From positions 10,688 to 74,687 of the IMG/VR virus record IMGVR_UViG_3300048593_000672: a DNA stretch of 64,000 bases. One strand, 5' to 3'. The stretch's first letter is position 1; each line of letters opens with the position of its first letter. The position numbers and the translations under genes were made by a program. Shown here one piece after another: positions 49,685 through 60,199 of the stretch. The stretch is from a virus. The notes under the pieces were generated by a model. That model saw only the letters and a program-made list of their open reading frames with translations. It did not search any database and was not told the DNA's origin.

Positions 49685-49858
49685 CTAGTCTATCAACAAT
49701 GCAAATGCAGTACCCTCGAACTGTATCTCGAACTGCTCAGGCCGTAGTCGCAGGAAATCCAAAGCGTAGCCGTAAACACGATCCGCTTGCGATTCTAGAG
49801 TGCGATCGCTTACTGTTGTGTTGCTAGATTGGGATAGTTTTTTGAGTTGCTGAAACAT
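49685..49858 (-). CDS. Small protein (57 aa, not in ORF track)
   Basis: AAAGGA RBS and TTGACA-17-TATACT promoter upstream; MFQQLKKLSQ... Confidence 0.6.
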   Translation of the reverse strand: MFQQLKKLSQSSNTTVSDRTLESQADRVYGYALDFLRLRPEQFEIQFEGTAFALLID

Positions 49859-49888
49859 CTGATTAATTCCTTTACTTGATTACTTATC

Positions 49889-49917
49889 AGTATAAGACAA
49901 TCCAAGTTATTTGTCAA
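49889..49917 (-). promoter_or_regulatory. Sigma70-type promoter
   Basis: TTGACA-17-TATACT. Confidence 0.8.
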
Positions 49918-49941
49918 GCTTAGATTGTCTTATTTTTTGAT

Positions 49942-50928
49942 TTACTTAACTTTGATCGTGTCTAGTCCCTCTGGCATGACAAGCTTGTATGTGTTGGGGG
50001 CTGTTAGTTCGTACCCGTAGCCATTCATTAACGACGCTTGCCGGAACTTCCAGCTAAATTGCTCAGGATTAATCATCTCGCAGTTATTTGAGTCAGCTAG
50101 AGACTGTAAAGACGCGATCGCAGTCTCACTCTTGTCCTTAATATTGATCCCATCCATTAAAGCCAATAACGCTAGGTGAGCAGAGCTGCCTTTTTTGACG
50201 GCTTTAATGCGATCGCTCTCTACCGGCACACTGGGGTCGAGTCGTTTAAAGGGATCACTCAAACCACCTTTCGTATTCCCTGTTGTACCTACACTACGCT
50301 GGCCTTGGAGGCGTTTAATCATCACATCCTCTGACTTGATACACCCATACTCAACCCCTTTGTCACCTAGAAAGCTTTCAAGCTCACCTAAGTTTGTAAA
50401 GTGTAATCCGTTTAAATCTTCTATACTCTCAAAAGTATAAGAAAAAACAAATTGAGCATGATACTTGATCGGCTTAACTTCTACTGCTTTTTGCTGTTTA
50501 GCTAACACTTGTTTTTTGACATTAGCTAATGGCTGAAAATTAGACTTGACTAAATCAAACACACTGCTAGAAATAGCAGTTAAAGCACTGTAAGGCTTGC
50601 AAGCGTAATCGTCTGTGACGGGCCAGTAATAAAGCTCTCCCGACGATCCCGCCAAACCCGTCCCAATCGGCTCATTATCGCTTGCTGGTGTTACTTCTAA
50701 CGCTTGATCTTTAGCTTGATTATTAACAGTCTCATTGTTGTCTTGATTGTCGATAGCAAAGTCTGATTCTAATTCACTGATAACAGACATTAATTGATCT
50801 TTAATCTCTACATCAGAGTCAAGATCAAAGCGTTTATCAAGCTTAGCAAGTTTTCCAAATTCACGGACTAAAGCAGATCCGCCTAACTGAGATACTTTTT
50901 TGATTTGTTGTAATGTAGCTTGAGACAT
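49942..50928 (-). CDS. Hypothetical early protein
   Basis: GAGGG RBS before ATG 50928. Confidence 0.7.
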   Translation of the reverse strand: MSQATLQQIKKVSQLGGSALVREFGKLAKLDKRFDLDSDVEIKDQLMSVISELESDFAIDNQDNNETVNNQAKDQALEVTPASDNEPIGTGLAGSSGELYYWPVTDDYACKPYSALTAISSSVFDLVKSNFQPLANVKKQVLAKQQKAVEVKPIKYHAQFVFSYTFESIEDLNGLHFTNLGELESFLGDKGVEYGCIKSEDVMIKRLQGQRSVGTTGNTKGGLSDPFKRLDPSVPVESDRIKAVKKGSSAHLALLALMDGINIKDKSETAIASLQSLADSNNCEMINPEQFSWKFRQASLMNGYGYELTAPNTYKLVMPEGLDTIKVK

Positions 50929-51030
50929 AATGCTGCCCTCTCTGTATCGAGTTGTTAATGTTTGTATAAATCTAATCTCCCACAATCCCACAACTTTGTC
51001 AAGCCTTTTCAGCAAAAAAGTTTAAATTAC

Positions 51031-51076
51031 TTTTAGCTATTGCTTACAAGCCTTACCCCGCAAGCAATAGCTAAAA
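51031..51076. terminator. Bidirectional hairpin/terminator
   Basis: TTTTAGCTATTGCTT...AAGCAATAGCTAAAA. Confidence 0.6.
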
Positions 51077-51087
51077 AACACGACTAT

Positions 51088-51636
51088 CTAAGCAGCTAAA
51101 AAGCTCTCGGACAAGCGTTCTAACACTTCCCTTTTGCTGGTATTAGTGTGCTTACTTAAAAGTTCCGCGCCATAGGCTACAGCCAGCTTGCGGGCATTGT
51201 CTATCGCCTCTTGATAGACTGTATCTATGTCCTCAAAAATACTGGTAACAACGCCCTTATTGTACATATCTTGTAAGTTTAGATTAAACAAAAACTCGTT
51301 TAGATCTTTACTTTCCTTAGCTACGTTGATCACAATTTCTAACCGCTTTTGCAATAGCTCTAAGCCTTTAGGGGTCAATTGTTGATGCAATTTATCGCCT
51401 TTCAATTGACGACTTTTTAACGTTTTATAAACACCATCTGGAAAGTGATCATAGATAACTTCTTTTGTGATTTGCGCCCAAGAGTGGGGTCGTAGATGTC
51501 CGTTCTGCTTTAATCCTGTAAGGCGTTCAAGTTGGCTATAATACTCATCTTCAAAGCGTTTTAGCCAGTGATTAACTGGCATAACATAGTCATCAATATT
51601 GACATTAGGGCATTTATCCTTTACAGTGGTAGTCAT
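51088..51636 (-). CDS. P63C-domain protein
   Basis: WLKRFEDEYY..RL, RP, IYDHFPDGV, KLHQQLT. Confidence 0.7.
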   Translation of the reverse strand: MTTTVKDKCPNVNIDDYVMPVNHWLKRFEDEYYSQLERLTGLKQNGHLRPHSWAQITKEVIYDHFPDGVYKTLKSRQLKGDKLHQQLTPKGLELLQKRLEIVINVAKESKDLNEFLFNLNLQDMYNKGVVTSIFEDIDTVYQEAIDNARKLAVAYGAELLSKHTNTSKREVLERLSESFLAA

Positions 51637-51748
51637 GTTGACCTCTTATGGTTAATGTTTGTATTTTTTGGGCTTGTACGCCCTTTTTTTGTGCTTTCAA
51701 CACTTTATTAGTATAGCAAGATCACAAGGATAAGTCAAGCTAGAACGC

Positions 51749-53257
51749 TTACGGCGCAAGCCTTTCAGCCCCCACCCCCAACATAGTCTCAATCCTACTA
51801 ATCGCAATATCAGCATAGGACGGCGAAAGCTCTATGCCATACCCCACCCGACCAGTACTAGCAGCCGCAACAATAGTAGATCCACTGCCTGCAAAGCAAT
51901 CAACAATTAGATCGCCTTCGTCGCTGAATGCTTTTATGAACCACTCTGGGAGCTTATGGGGAAAGGCTGCTTGATGGCCATTGTTTTTATTAACTATGTG
52001 AATATCTAAGACATTACTAGGCAGGGCAACACCACTAACAAGATCGCTATTATCTAGCACCGGCATATTCCAGTGAGTGCCATTGCCACTATCTTCTCTT
52101 TTGCTGGTATTAGTCCCATCAAAGCAATAATCAGACTCATGCCCTACTCGCTCAGGGTAGAAGCGTTCAATTGCCCTATCTGACTTGGTAAAATGAAACA
52201 CAGGTTCAAAGCCATTTTTAAAACGATTTGGCCAACTCCCAGGCGCGGCATTGCGTACCCAGCAAAACTCATCTACAAAACACCAGCCCCATTGTTCAAC
52301 GTGGGCTATTGTTAGCTTTTTAACGTATAAATGTCTTTGCCCTTGTTCACAATGCTCTTTAATGTTTAAAAAGTAACTGCCGCTATTGGCTAACCACAGC
52401 TTAATATTATGCTGAACACTTTTAAACCAACCAACATAGTTATCTGGCTCTATTGGCACAAAACCACTATTCTCATCATATTTGCGCTGGCTGGCATAGG
52501 GCGGGCTAGTAAAGATAATGTCTGCTTTTTTATCGCCTAACAATTTGGCCCACACAGCAAGATCTAAGCAGTCACCAACAATAATCCTATGATCGCCTAT
52601 CGCCCAAATATCGCCTGGCTTGCTCCTATTCTCTACTATCTTATCATCGTCTAAGCTATTGTTATCAGTCAGATCGTTGTCTGTAACAGCGTTTAAATCG
52701 TCGTTAAAACTTGTTTGTTGATTAGCATTGTAGATATTATCTAAGCTATCAAAACAAGCTAAGTTAGTGACATTATTTTCTAACAGATAACTAGACTGAG
52801 CAGCTAACAAAGACTGATCAAACAACTCAAAAACAGCTTGATCGCCTAACGCTGCAACGGTTGTGGCATTGTGGTCTATACTATATGCTATTGCGGCGGC
52901 TTGACTGTCTGACTTAGCGATAGTAGCTGGCACCAACCAATCAATAATCTTGTCACCCTTAAGTAGCGGTTCAACGTCTTTTGGTGGGTCGGTCTTATTT
53001 TTTTTGTAGAGGCTTTTGAGGACGTTAAGACTACGATCATGCCCCTCCACCAGCGTTAATTTAATACTTTTATCGGCTAAAATATCATCTACACTTAAGT
53101 CTTTATACTTATCATCTAGAAAGACTAGATCGACTTGGATCGGGTCACGGAAGCCATGATAGTCGATACTGGCTAAAGTGTGACTAGTAGAGTGCTTTTT
53201 GGAGTTATTAACTAAGCCTTCTAGACGGGAAAGGGGGATAAGGCGGTATTCAAGCAT
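51749..53257 (-). CDS. ParB-like domain + N4/N6 DNA methyltransferase (beta class)
   Basis: GFRDPI, LVEGHDR; GDIWAIGDHR..GD, FTSPPY, HQAAFP, DCFAGSGST. Confidence 0.88.
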   Translation of the reverse strand: MLEYRLIPLSRLEGLVNNSKKHSTSHTLASIDYHGFRDPIQVDLVFLDDKYKDLSVDDILADKSIKLTLVEGHDRSLNVLKSLYKKNKTDPPKDVEPLLKGDKIIDWLVPATIAKSDSQAAAIAYSIDHNATTVAALGDQAVFELFDQSLLAAQSSYLLENNVTNLACFDSLDNIYNANQQTSFNDDLNAVTDNDLTDNNSLDDDKIVENRSKPGDIWAIGDHRIIVGDCLDLAVWAKLLGDKKADIIFTSPPYASQRKYDENSGFVPIEPDNYVGWFKSVQHNIKLWLANSGSYFLNIKEHCEQGQRHLYVKKLTIAHVEQWGWCFVDEFCWVRNAAPGSWPNRFKNGFEPVFHFTKSDRAIERFYPERVGHESDYCFDGTNTSKREDSGNGTHWNMPVLDNSDLVSGVALPSNVLDIHIVNKNNGHQAAFPHKLPEWFIKAFSDEGDLIVDCFAGSGSTIVAAASTGRVGYGIELSPSYADIAISRIETMLGVGAERLAP

Positions 53258-53803
53258 AATTGGTAAGACGACAACTAAAATCAATTATGCCATAAAATGA
53301 CAAAAATACCAGCAAGGGCAAATTCTCTCGCTGGTGTTAATAAATGTTTAGTCTTTAAAAAGTGTATAAAAGTCTTAAAACTTTAGCTGCCACCAGCAGA
53401 GGGTAATAGTTACCTTGCTGGTGTTAGTAAATTAAGCTTTAAACTCAACGGCTAAAATGGCTTTTGCGGCTTCTTTAATACCACCTTCTAAACTAATGGC
53501 GATACCGTAACTAATCAACTCTTTTAGCTCACAACGGATGTTATGGCGATCTGTAGCTGTTAGAATGCGATAGGGGCGAATAGTATAACTAATCATTACT
53601 TCACCTCCCCACCAACTAAGATCACTGTATAGAGGCTGATACGAACGCGGCGGTTTAATTTGTTGGTGCGAACCTTAAACGATTGACTTTTTGTGTGTAA
53701 CATGATTAATTCCTTTAAACGGTAAAACAGTTAAGTTATTAACTTTTATTAGCTAACTTCTTAACTGTTTTAATCATCACACAATCCAAGATAATTGTCA
53801 ACT

Positions 53804-54829
53804 CTAGTCAGTCTTAATTTTAACTAAACCAACTAACAAGCCATTAACTGCACAATTGATTTGGCCATCACTAAACTTGATCATTGTTTGTTGGCTATTG
53901 CCAATAGCATTGAGCAAGATTTGAGGCGATAAAATGAGCGTAAAATCAGCACCAGCGCAAGCAATATCGGGCTTAAAAGTGTGATTTTTGCTGTTAACTG
54001 TTAGATGATTATCATGCCAACAGAACTTAATGTAATCATCATATTTGTTGCACATCTCAGCCATCTTAACCAGTTCTTTGCTATCGGCTAAGATGATAGA
54101 ATCACCGATAAAACTAGACATTAACTGGGTGGTTGAATCATACAACCGTTTAGCATTTGTTCGCCCATAACTAAACGGTTGTGTCAGTGTTAGGTCGTCT
54201 TTAATAACGTTTAATGGGTTATCGTCATAGTCAGTACCACCATCATAAACATTAATAGTTGCCCCAACAGGCATAAACTTTTTAATTAAATTAATTAGGC
54301 GCGTATAGATGCGAAACCCAGTGTCACTATCGGCATAAAAATCGGTTTCTACCGACTTGTAGTAAAGTATTATGCCATTAGTAGCAAACACAGTAATTTT
54401 GTTATCCTTTGGCATAATTGCAACACCATTAAAGTCTTGCCTTGCGTCTTTAGTTGTGCAAAACTGGCTGGCATCAATAATCATTTGGCATAGACTGTCG
54501 GTAAGGATAAAAGAGTAGATTAATTTACCCTCGCTGGTATTGTTAAACGAACTCTCTGGCTCCCGCCCACACACTTTAAACTGACCATAATCGTAGTTGA
54601 TCACCAGTAAATTATCTGGGTCATAATCAACCCACAAATTAAACTTTTTAAGCTTGTTTAGAACCGTATTAAGTATAGTTGTGGGCAATTCCAAACACCA
54701 TTCAACGTCTTTATTGAATGGTGTAGTAGCAACACTTACATTGCCACCATAGATACTGCCATCGCTGTTAATTGTGACCGAATCAGAGACGGTTTTAATC
54801 GCTTGAATTGCTTGGTGTAAATTGTACAT
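53804..54829 (-). CDS. Divergent DNA Pol III beta sliding clamp-like protein
   Basis: 341 aa; ASQFCTTKDARQDFNGV..VFATNG. Confidence 0.65.
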   Translation of the reverse strand: MYNLHQAIQAIKTVSDSVTINSDGSIYGGNVSVATTPFNKDVEWCLELPTTILNTVLNKLKKFNLWVDYDPDNLLVINYDYGQFKVCGREPESSFNNTSEGKLIYSFILTDSLCQMIIDASQFCTTKDARQDFNGVAIMPKDNKITVFATNGIILYYKSVETDFYADSDTGFRIYTRLINLIKKFMPVGATINVYDGGTDYDDNPLNVIKDDLTLTQPFSYGRTNAKRLYDSTTQLMSSFIGDSIILADSKELVKMAEMCNKYDDYIKFCWHDNHLTVNSKNHTFKPDIACAGADFTLILSPQILLNAIGNSQQTMIKFSDGQINCAVNGLLVGLVKIKTD

Positions 54830-55247
54830 AGTAGTTAATAATCTGCCTAATAGTTGACGTAATGGTTGATTTTTTTTGCTGTTGGCGCAACCAGCTAATC
54901 TCTTCTGGACTTAAAAAGGTGATAGTGGTTTGCTTGAGTGGTTGGTCGTAGTCGTCAATGACCTTGACTTTGCAACGATCCTGTTTAAACTTAGCGATCG
55001 CCGCAGATAACCATCCTGGGGTGAAAGCTAAAGCCCGTTGCGACTCGGTAAGACTGGCACAGACCCGATAGGTTTTTTTACGACTAGTCGGACAGCCCTT
55101 ACAGTTCTGCTGCTGGTGCTTTTTATAGCTGGCAGCATCAATGTCATAAACACGACTACAACCCTCACATTTGACTGTATGAGTTAACCGCGCCCTTGAC
55201 ATTTCTGGAGTGCGTTTATTAAAAGTTGACAAGATTGTTAATGTCAT
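54795..55247 (-). CDS. Zn-finger hypothetical protein
   Basis: CEGC...CKGC. Confidence 0.55.
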   Translation of the reverse strand: MTLTILSTFNKRTPEMSRARLTHTVKCEGCSRVYDIDAASYKKHQQQNCKGCPTSRKKTYRVCASLTESQRALAFTPGWLSAAIAKFKQDRCKVKVIDDYDQPLKQTTITFLSPEEISWLRQQQKKSTITSTIRQIINYYVQFTPSNSSD

Positions 55248-55306
55248 ATTGTTAGCAATAAGGTTTAACTGATATTATAATCAATCAAATCTTATTGTCA
55301 AAGGTG

Positions 55307-55636
55307 TTAATCTATCCAAAAAATACGTTTTAATTCGTGACGGCGTACAAATAATTGCTGCCAGAACAATAAATCAGAACGCCCTTCTAAGCGGCGTAAA
55401 TTGCGGAACCAAAGATAAGCCCAGAGCAAATAAACCACTTCAAACTCGGCATTATAGCCAGACTGACAACACAGTTTAACTAGCCGAGGGTAGCGACGTT
55501 TAATTTCTGCTTTGTCGGGTTGTTTAAACGTGCCAATAAACTCAGCCCCATAGTTCTCAACTTGGCGTTGTAATTGGTGTTCATCAGCAGAATAATACTC
55601 GCCTTGTTTTTTGATTAGATAACAGGTAGTAGCCAC
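55307..55636 (-). CDS. Hypothetical protein
   Basis: GAGGA RBS, GTG start. Confidence 0.6.
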   Translation of the reverse strand: MATTCYLIKKQGEYYSADEHQLQRQVENYGAEFIGTFKQPDKAEIKRRYPRLVKLCCQSGYNAEFEVVYLLWAYLWFRNLRRLEGRSDLLFWQQLFVRRHELKRIFWID

Positions 55637-55716
55637 AATTAATTCCTCAGTAAATAATGTTAATAAATTTGCCTCGCTGGTATTCGTGAATGATTAATAC
55701 CAGCAAGGGGGAGTGG

Positions 55717-55935
55717 TTAAAGCCTGTTGTTTACAACCCGAACTAGCGCAGTAAGCACTAATTCGTGAAGTTTTCCATTTGGCTCTACGAGATGAGCCAC
55801 TTTCTCATATCCTATAGTGGTTGACTTAATACCAAATCCTTGTGCAGCAATATTGACCGCAGCCAACTCTTGATCTGTCAAAGAGTTGAATGTTAATTTT
55901 GCGCCAACAATTGTCATTTGTTCAGGGTTAGTCAT
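55717..55935 (-). CDS. Hypothetical protein
   Basis: Own promoter and AAGG RBS. Confidence 0.6.
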   Translation of the reverse strand: MTNPEQMTIVGAKLTFNSLTDQELAAVNIAAQGFGIKSTTIGYEKVAHLVEPNGKLHELVLTALVRVVNNRL

Positions 55936-56033
55936 TTTTACCTTTATTTGTGTAAATTGTGTTAACTTTTTAAACTATCCTAACAATAGCTTAGTCTGGG
56001 ATATTTGTCAACTAAGCTATTATTATAAACCAA

Positions 56034-57083
56034 CTACCAAGCCCGAACCGCAACAGTTTGAGTGCTGGCTTGACGGTTGCGTTCGGCGTAGGCAAAGGCA
56101 CTGATAGAGTTCAAAAACTCAGCCTGTTTGACGTTCACCGCAGAAGTGGGGTCAATCACCCGATCAACCAGTTTAGTCGCGTTCTTTTGCTTACCGTAGT
56201 TGTGGTTTAAATACTCAGTGGCAACATTTAAAAGCCCCCAACAAGTGTTATAAGCCGATAACATCTCACCACCCATATAATGCCCAGACTCAAACTGGCT
56301 AATGAGCGATTGCACCACTTTATTTTGGTCAGCTAAAGTCTTGGTCGGGTCGCCAAATTGTTTAACCAACTGGGTTACCGCTACAGCCATTGGCATTTCT
56401 GTATCTGCCAATAGTTGAAACTCAGCTTGGGTCTTCTCCCACTTAGCCACTGCTTGCTCCATCGTGCGGCGTACTTTTTGAACATCAAGATTTTTGTGGG
56501 AGATGATTAAATTGTCGCTAACCTTGGCCGTCATCCCATTAGTGCAGACAAGACGTTCTGCCATCAATCCAACCGACAGTCCCATCCCATAGTTATAGGG
56601 CATCCGCAAAATCACCTTGCCATCTACGCGATCGCCCCCAGGTAGTTGCATTGTGGTATTGGAACCAAGAGAACCAGCAGCAAACAATGTCGGCTTAAGT
56701 TGTTCCTCACCATACTTGTCTTGCTCTACGGACTGAATCGTGCCAATCTTTTCAAGGTCGATTTGGTTAGCACTGGCAAATTCACGGAACAGGTTAACAG
56801 TCTCACTAAACGATGGTGCATCCCAATCTTTACTCACCACATCCATAAACATACCGTCCTCTATGCGATAGAGTACAGGACGCTTGCCACTTTGATATTG
56901 AAACATGTGTCCATACTGAGTATCAGACTTTGCAAAATGCCAATCCAACCCAATCTCATTCAAAATTTTATCGGTTGACATTGACCCATCAACATCAATA
57001 CCAAGCCCCCTGAAAATATCTTTTTCTTGCTTGGATGCAAGTTTGTAGCCAGCTGACTTTGCCAAATCAGACACTAAAGACAT
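56034..57083 (-). CDS. DUF932 family protein
   Basis: GLDW, RLVCTNGM, TCWGLLNVATEY. Confidence 0.8.
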   Translation of the reverse strand: MSLVSDLAKSAGYKLASKQEKDIFRGLGIDVDGSMSTDKILNEIGLDWHFAKSDTQYGHMFQYQSGKRPVLYRIEDGMFMDVVSKDWDAPSFSETVNLFREFASANQIDLEKIGTIQSVEQDKYGEEQLKPTLFAAGSLGSNTTMQLPGGDRVDGKVILRMPYNYGMGLSVGLMAERLVCTNGMTAKVSDNLIISHKNLDVQKVRRTMEQAVAKWEKTQAEFQLLADTEMPMAVAVTQLVKQFGDPTKTLADQNKVVQSLISQFESGHYMGGEMLSAYNTCWGLLNVATEYLNHNYGKQKNATKLVDRVIDPTSAVNVKQAEFLNSISAFAYAERNRQASTQTVAVRAW

Positions 57084-57146
57084 ACAACTAATTCCTTTAA
57101 ACTATTGACTATAATCAATATAGCTTAATTTTAGTTATTTGTCAAT

Positions 57147-57770
57147 TTATCTGGCACTTAAATAACGAATAAAGGTGCTGGCAATAAAATCATCTAGATT
57201 GTAGTTTTTATGCTTTAAATAAGCCTGTAATTTTTCGTAAATAGGCTTAAATATCTTAACCTCAATCGTAGTCGTGGCGGGAATGTTGAGCTTGCTAGGT
57301 ATATCCCCATTTTCAATCATTGCCCAAATAGCTTTGTTAAAACTAATATCATTAAAAGTTACCCATCGCACTAAGTCACCACCCTGAAACTTGTAGGGAA
57401 TTTTAACAGGTCTAATAGTATCTTTCATCCCAATTGGCTTGGGTTTAAACATTCGAGCATGGCGCAATACTCTAGAAATATTGGCTTTGTTATCGTAGTT
57501 AAAAATAACCGCCAGCATCTCATACGAATACCTATGAACGAGGTAATAATCTAAGATGTATTGACCGTTCTGGATGTGTGCAACTTTGGCCTGATAGCCA
57601 CTTAAAATATGTAACTTAATATCCTTCTCATGCAAAAAATCACATAACTGGTAATAATCACACCCCAACCTATCTGCAACATCCGCCAGAGTATAGTAAG
57701 GTTCTTCTTTGCCATCCCGTTTATTGCTGTAATAAATATCTTTAATCTGCTCTAGATCAAAATTAGCCAT
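57147..57770 (-). CDS. HTH DNA-binding protein
   Basis: TLADVADRLGC; second HTH-like segment. Confidence 0.55.
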   Translation of the reverse strand: MANFDLEQIKDIYYSNKRDGKEEPYYTLADVADRLGCDYYQLCDFLHEKDIKLHILSGYQAKVAHIQNGQYILDYYLVHRYSYEMLAVIFNYDNKANISRVLRHARMFKPKPIGMKDTIRPVKIPYKFQGGDLVRWVTFNDISFNKAIWAMIENGDIPSKLNIPATTTIEVKIFKPIYEKLQAYLKHKNYNLDDFIASTFIRYLSAR

Positions 57771-57840
57771 ACTAAAACCCTGCCTATTTGTATAGACAGA
57801 GTTTAACACTTAAAAGCAGTTGTCAGGCAAGTAAATGTAG

Positions 57841-58056
57841 TTACCCCCAAATTACCCCATGCTCAACAAGGTAACGACGGTGTACGGCTTTTGACTTGCC
57901 TTGTGCATTTTCGACTAAGTAGAGGGGGTTTTCTTTGTCTGCAAGAATTACCTCTGTGACTTTTGCTGGTTCTTTTGCCTTGATAAAACAAGGATCAAAA
58001 GCCGGTACAGACGGGAAAAAGTCTTTTGACAATATAAATGGTATTGTGATCTTCAT
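57841..58056 (-). CDS. Hypothetical protein
   Basis: ORF with GGA RBS. Confidence 0.5.
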   Translation of the reverse strand: MKITIPFILSKDFFPSVPAFDPCFIKAKEPAKVTEVILADKENPLYLVENAQGKSKAVHRRYLVEHGVIWG

Positions 58057-58231
58057 TGATTAATCCAATCCTAATCGTGTTTTAGCGGTGGGGTCAAATT
58101 CATACCCCACCCCAATACCCAAAGCTTCCTGTTGGGAGTGGCAGGGGATTTCTGCCTCAATGTCTCCCGCCATAACTTGAATGCGCCATACCCCCAAAAA
58201 CTTGTAGGGTACGCCTTTTATCTGTGTGACT

Positions 58232-58495
58232 TTAATTATGGCTATACTCGCTCCAATACCATTCAGATTTGGGGTGGCTTTCTAGCCATTTATCTGTTTT
58301 GTCCATCCGGCAGAGCATCTCATCTGTCTCGTAATGCGTATCATAGGAGCAATCACGTTGGATAACATAAAGAACACTACCTGGGGGGTGAGGGTATTTG
58401 GGTTTGGGGCCGAGCCACTGCCAAAAGCAAGCGGCGCAAAAAGCTAAGAACAAAACAGTGTGAACTAAATCTTGATCAGGTTTTTTGGTGGGCAT
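58232..58495 (-). CDS. Small membrane protein
   Basis: One TM segment. Confidence 0.5.
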   Translation of the reverse strand: MPTKKPDQDLVHTVLFLAFCAACFWQWLGPKPKYPHPPGSVLYVIQRDCSYDTHYETDEMLCRMDKTDKWLESHPKSEWYWSEYSHN

Positions 58496-58724
58496 GGATT
58501 GTTAACCTTGGGGGGCGTTTTTTGAGAGAAATACCAGCAGGAAGAAATTCTAATTCGGCGGCGATAATATCACCCGCACTAAGATTGCTTGGGGCGATCG
58601 CCGGAAAAGACGGGCCATGCTGATTGCGGTGGTGGCAGTAAGGAGCGATCCTGACTTCGTTTTGCCCTATCGCTAGAATCTTGTACATTCTGCGCTCCAT
58701 TGTTGGGCATAGTCTCAATGACAT
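58476..58724 (-). CDS. Hypothetical protein
   Basis: GAGG RBS. Confidence 0.5.
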   Translation of the reverse strand: MSLRLCPTMERRMYKILAIGQNEVRIAPYCHHRNQHGPSFPAIAPSNLSAGDIIAAELEFLPAGISLKKRPPRLTIHAHQKT

Positions 58725-58823
58725 GATTTACCTCGCTGGCGCTATTTACTTCTGGGTAGTGGGCTAAAAATCGTCTGGCCGCATCTCGCCAGTCAACGGG
58801 GGGAATGGGGGGAAGTTCTGGCA

Positions 58824-59546
58824 TTATTGACTCTCCGCTTTGGCGATCGCGGCTTTAGCTTTTTTAAAGTGTTCAGACCAGTATGTCTCTTCATAACCGC
58901 AGTTGTGGCACATCTCTAAACTCATGTGTTCATTGTCCATTAAGCCCTTTAACGCCTTCAATAAATCAGGGGCGGCGGCGATCAAATTAAGCTGTGTCTC
59001 AGTGACATAAACAACACGGATAGGTGTTTTTTCTAGCCCCTCCCCTGTATTTAGCCAGCAGTCTAAAGTCCCATCCAAATCGGCTTCTTTGCATAACGTT
59101 ACCTGCCAACTTTGTTTAGGCTTAGTCTCAAGTTTTGCGGCATCCGCTTTGGCGATCGCATCGTTAGCCAAGTCGTAAAGTTCAGCATCACCATCGCTGT
59201 TGAGGCGGTTTGCAGCTTGATATGCCTTCAACGCTTCTAACAGGTGATTATGGGCTATTTGTTGCGACTCAACATCCCCCGACACGAGTAGAGTGCCATA
59301 GTTTTTTGTGGACTCGACTAAGTTATCAATGACAGCCGTATCCCCACTTTTAATGCCATGTACAGCCGCAAAAACTGACTGCCATAGGTGAAGTCCTAAA
59401 ACCGTCCTCGTAGAGCTAGGATGCGCCTCTAAATGCGCTGCCAGTGCGGTCAGTGTTGCAACCATCTCAGGCAATTTATCCAACACCGCAAAAGTATCAA
59501 AGCCTTGCTGCGTAAGCTTTTTACCTATTGGATCTAAATGAATCAT
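58824..59546 (-). CDS. Phage hypothetical protein (LIAAAPDLLxAL family)
   Basis: LIAAAPDLLKALK..AAIAKAE; AAGGGA RBS before ATG 59546. Confidence 0.7.
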   Translation of the reverse strand: MIHLDPIGKKLTQQGFDTFAVLDKLPEMVATLTALAAHLEAHPSSTRTVLGLHLWQSVFAAVHGIKSGDTAVIDNLVESTKNYGTLLVSGDVESQQIAHNHLLEALKAYQAANRLNSDGDAELYDLANDAIAKADAAKLETKPKQSWQVTLCKEADLDGTLDCWLNTGEGLEKTPIRVVYVTETQLNLIAAAPDLLKALKGLMDNEHMSLEMCHNCGYEETYWSEHFKKAKAAIAKAESQ

Positions 59547-59679
59547 TGCGATTAATCCCTTGAAAACTACTGTAATCACTAAATCATTTCTAATCATAGT
59601 TGTCAAGCTCACAACTAAACGCTAGGCAACAGCCACAAATACCAGCAGAGAAATATGGTTATATGACTAAGCAGTGCGT

Positions 59680-60075
59680 ATTAATAGAGATATATTATAT
59701 TAATAATATATTATTATATTTATTATTATATTTATTATTATTATCTTATCGTTCTCTACTGTACTGTTAGCCTTTGTTAGCACTACTTTCTGTTCTTATT
59801 TCTTCTGCATTCCCTACCCTGCAAGCTTTTCTCCCATCTGTTAGCATTGTTAGTGTGTTTTTCCTGATCATTTTTATTTTTTCTTTTCCATAATACAATA
59901 CTACTCTATACTTGTCTATGTACCCCAGTCCCATTTAGTACATCAAATTTTTATCTCTTTTTAAAAAATACACACACACACATTTTTCTAAAAATCAAAA
60001 GCATTGCCATATAAGGGTTGTAGCATTTTACAATACAAAAAGCAGTGCTAACACATGCTAACAGTACATCTGCTA
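59680..60075. repeat. AT-rich block B: TTA tract plus TGTTAG/CTAACA iterons (origin-like)
   Basis: Same element order as block A. Confidence 0.6.
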
Positions 60076-60199
60076 ATACCTCCCCTTGCTGGTGTTTTTT
60101 GCTTGACAACTGTGATAATATAGGGATGTAGCACCAATTTAGTCATTTCAAGCAATTGGTAAACTGATTGAGTTACACGATTAATTCCTTTAAATGATG

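Noticed and set aside
49715-49736. CTCGAACTG direct repeat as a binding site
   Set aside because: Lies within the 57-aa ORF, encoding QFE twice
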